Source: Rhynchobatus australiae (taxonomy: Eukaryota). Taken from it: 64,000 nt of DNA. The notes beneath the pieces are model-generated. The model was not told the origin of the DNA, did not search any database, and saw only the letters and a program-made list of their open reading frames with translations. How positions within the stretch are numbered: the stretch's first letter is position 1; each line of letters starts with the position of its first letter. A program made the translations under genes and the position numbers. Location: contig JAUZTB010000107.1 in assembly GCA_034780895.1 (NCBI GenBank), positions 63,378,413 through 63,442,412 of the forward strand, given 5' to 3'. Below are positions 62,827 to 64,000 of the stretch, piece after piece.

Positions 62827-64000
62827 GAATGTTGTGGGANNNNNNNNNNAATGGACATACAAAATGAGGTTTCAAAAGAATTCTGGAATTGGAGTGATTT
62901 GAATAGCACAGTCATTTTGGACAGTTTTATTGCTATTGCTTCCTGGCCAGAGAATCCAAATAAACAAATCTGTGGACGTCATAGCAAAGCTCAGAGGAAG
63001 AATTATTAAGCAGGTGACTCAATTCTATGAATTGAATCTAAAGGGAGGTATATGCTGTCAATTATTGTAGGATTTTCACTTTCCTTTCTCTGTCCAGGTT
63101 TCTCACTGTCTTGTCTGAACATGTTGGCCACATGCAGGCTATGGGTCCACCAGCATTCTGACAAATGATGAGTCTTGTAACAGTTTAGACAACATGTTAA
63201 ACAGAACCCAACCAAATCTTGTCTTCACATGACAGCCATCTACAAAAATAATCAGGAGTTAAACAATGCAGAGTTTCTCCCCTCCCTAACCTGGAAGTCA
63301 TTCCCAGTCATAGAATGGAATAATCTGCTAAAATACAGCAACTTCCATGATATACTTGTGCTTCACGGTCAGTGAAGTATTTACAAATTCTTGCAATGTG
63401 GAGAAGAGCCACATTCAGTTTGTGCACAGTGTTCCGCAAACACTGACGTGAACAACCAGTTAATGTGTTTATGTGATGCTATTTGCTAGATAAATTTTGG
63501 GGAGAGCAGAACCTTTTGGCTCAGAGGCTACAAGTTCGGTTACTAGGACAAGCTAGACACCCGAATCATTATCTTAATGTTGTTCCATTAGCTGATCCAG
63601 AACTGAAGAGAGATCAACTCTGGGTCTTTTTCTGTTCTATAGGACTTAGTATCTCACAGGTTAAATTCATAGAATACTTGGGGTGCTTAATGTATTACCT
63701 TTGCAACAATTATAAGTGCATAAAAATTATGTGGCTCAGGATGTTAAACTGGGGTTATAGCAAATTAGTATGGAGTAAATTTAATGGAACCTTTGTACTC
63801 TACAGAGAACTTAGTGAAAGTATTTGAGTAACTTGTAGTCCTATTGTTTTGTGTTTTTTTAATGTATGCTTGATTCAATTCAGTCCGTGTCTTCTCACTT
63901 CCCAACTTGATATTCAGAACTATGTACAGCCTCAGAGTATTTGTTAGCTTTTTATTGAAGTCTGCAGCAGAATATATTACACATTTACCAACACTGATAC

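Noticed and set aside
1-64000. Prokaryotic-type systems (CRISPR arrays, operons) and host protein-coding exons
   Set aside because: The sequence is vertebrate repeat-rich DNA; no repeat-spacer arrays or credible host exons were seen, though small exons could be missed or hidden in gaps.

Overview
Repeat-rich, gap-riddled eukaryotic scaffold segment. The repeat complement (HER1/CR1 LINEs, HE1-type and Deu-domain SINEs, Rex1, Penelope ends) points to a cartilaginous fish, most likely a ray. I see no credible host exons. The window reads as gene desert or large intron with several CNE-like unique islands. Fossil mobile elements include a decayed Gypsy (gag knuckle, RT, integrase; about 9.3-12.8 kb), a decayed Harbinger (transposase plus Myb ORF, about 48-50.6 kb) split by a Penelope, a solo LTR with a 5-bp TSD inside a SINE, and a palindromic MITE-like element. 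The standout is at about 23.3-24.6 kb. A decayed minus-strand reading frame aligns by eye, colinearly, with the core of hantavirid nucleocapsid (N) protein (QTAx, TRGR, FK, EDxNG, GR, GF). It carries an internal, ungapped 117-bp inverted duplication that would fold into a long RNA hairpin, and it lies next to an L1-like 3' tail. This is a candidate endogenous bunyavirus-derived hairpin RNA locus, possibly a source of antiviral small RNAs. All protein-family calls were made by eye from remembered motifs and need HMM/BLAST confirmation. Most repeat boundaries are approximate.
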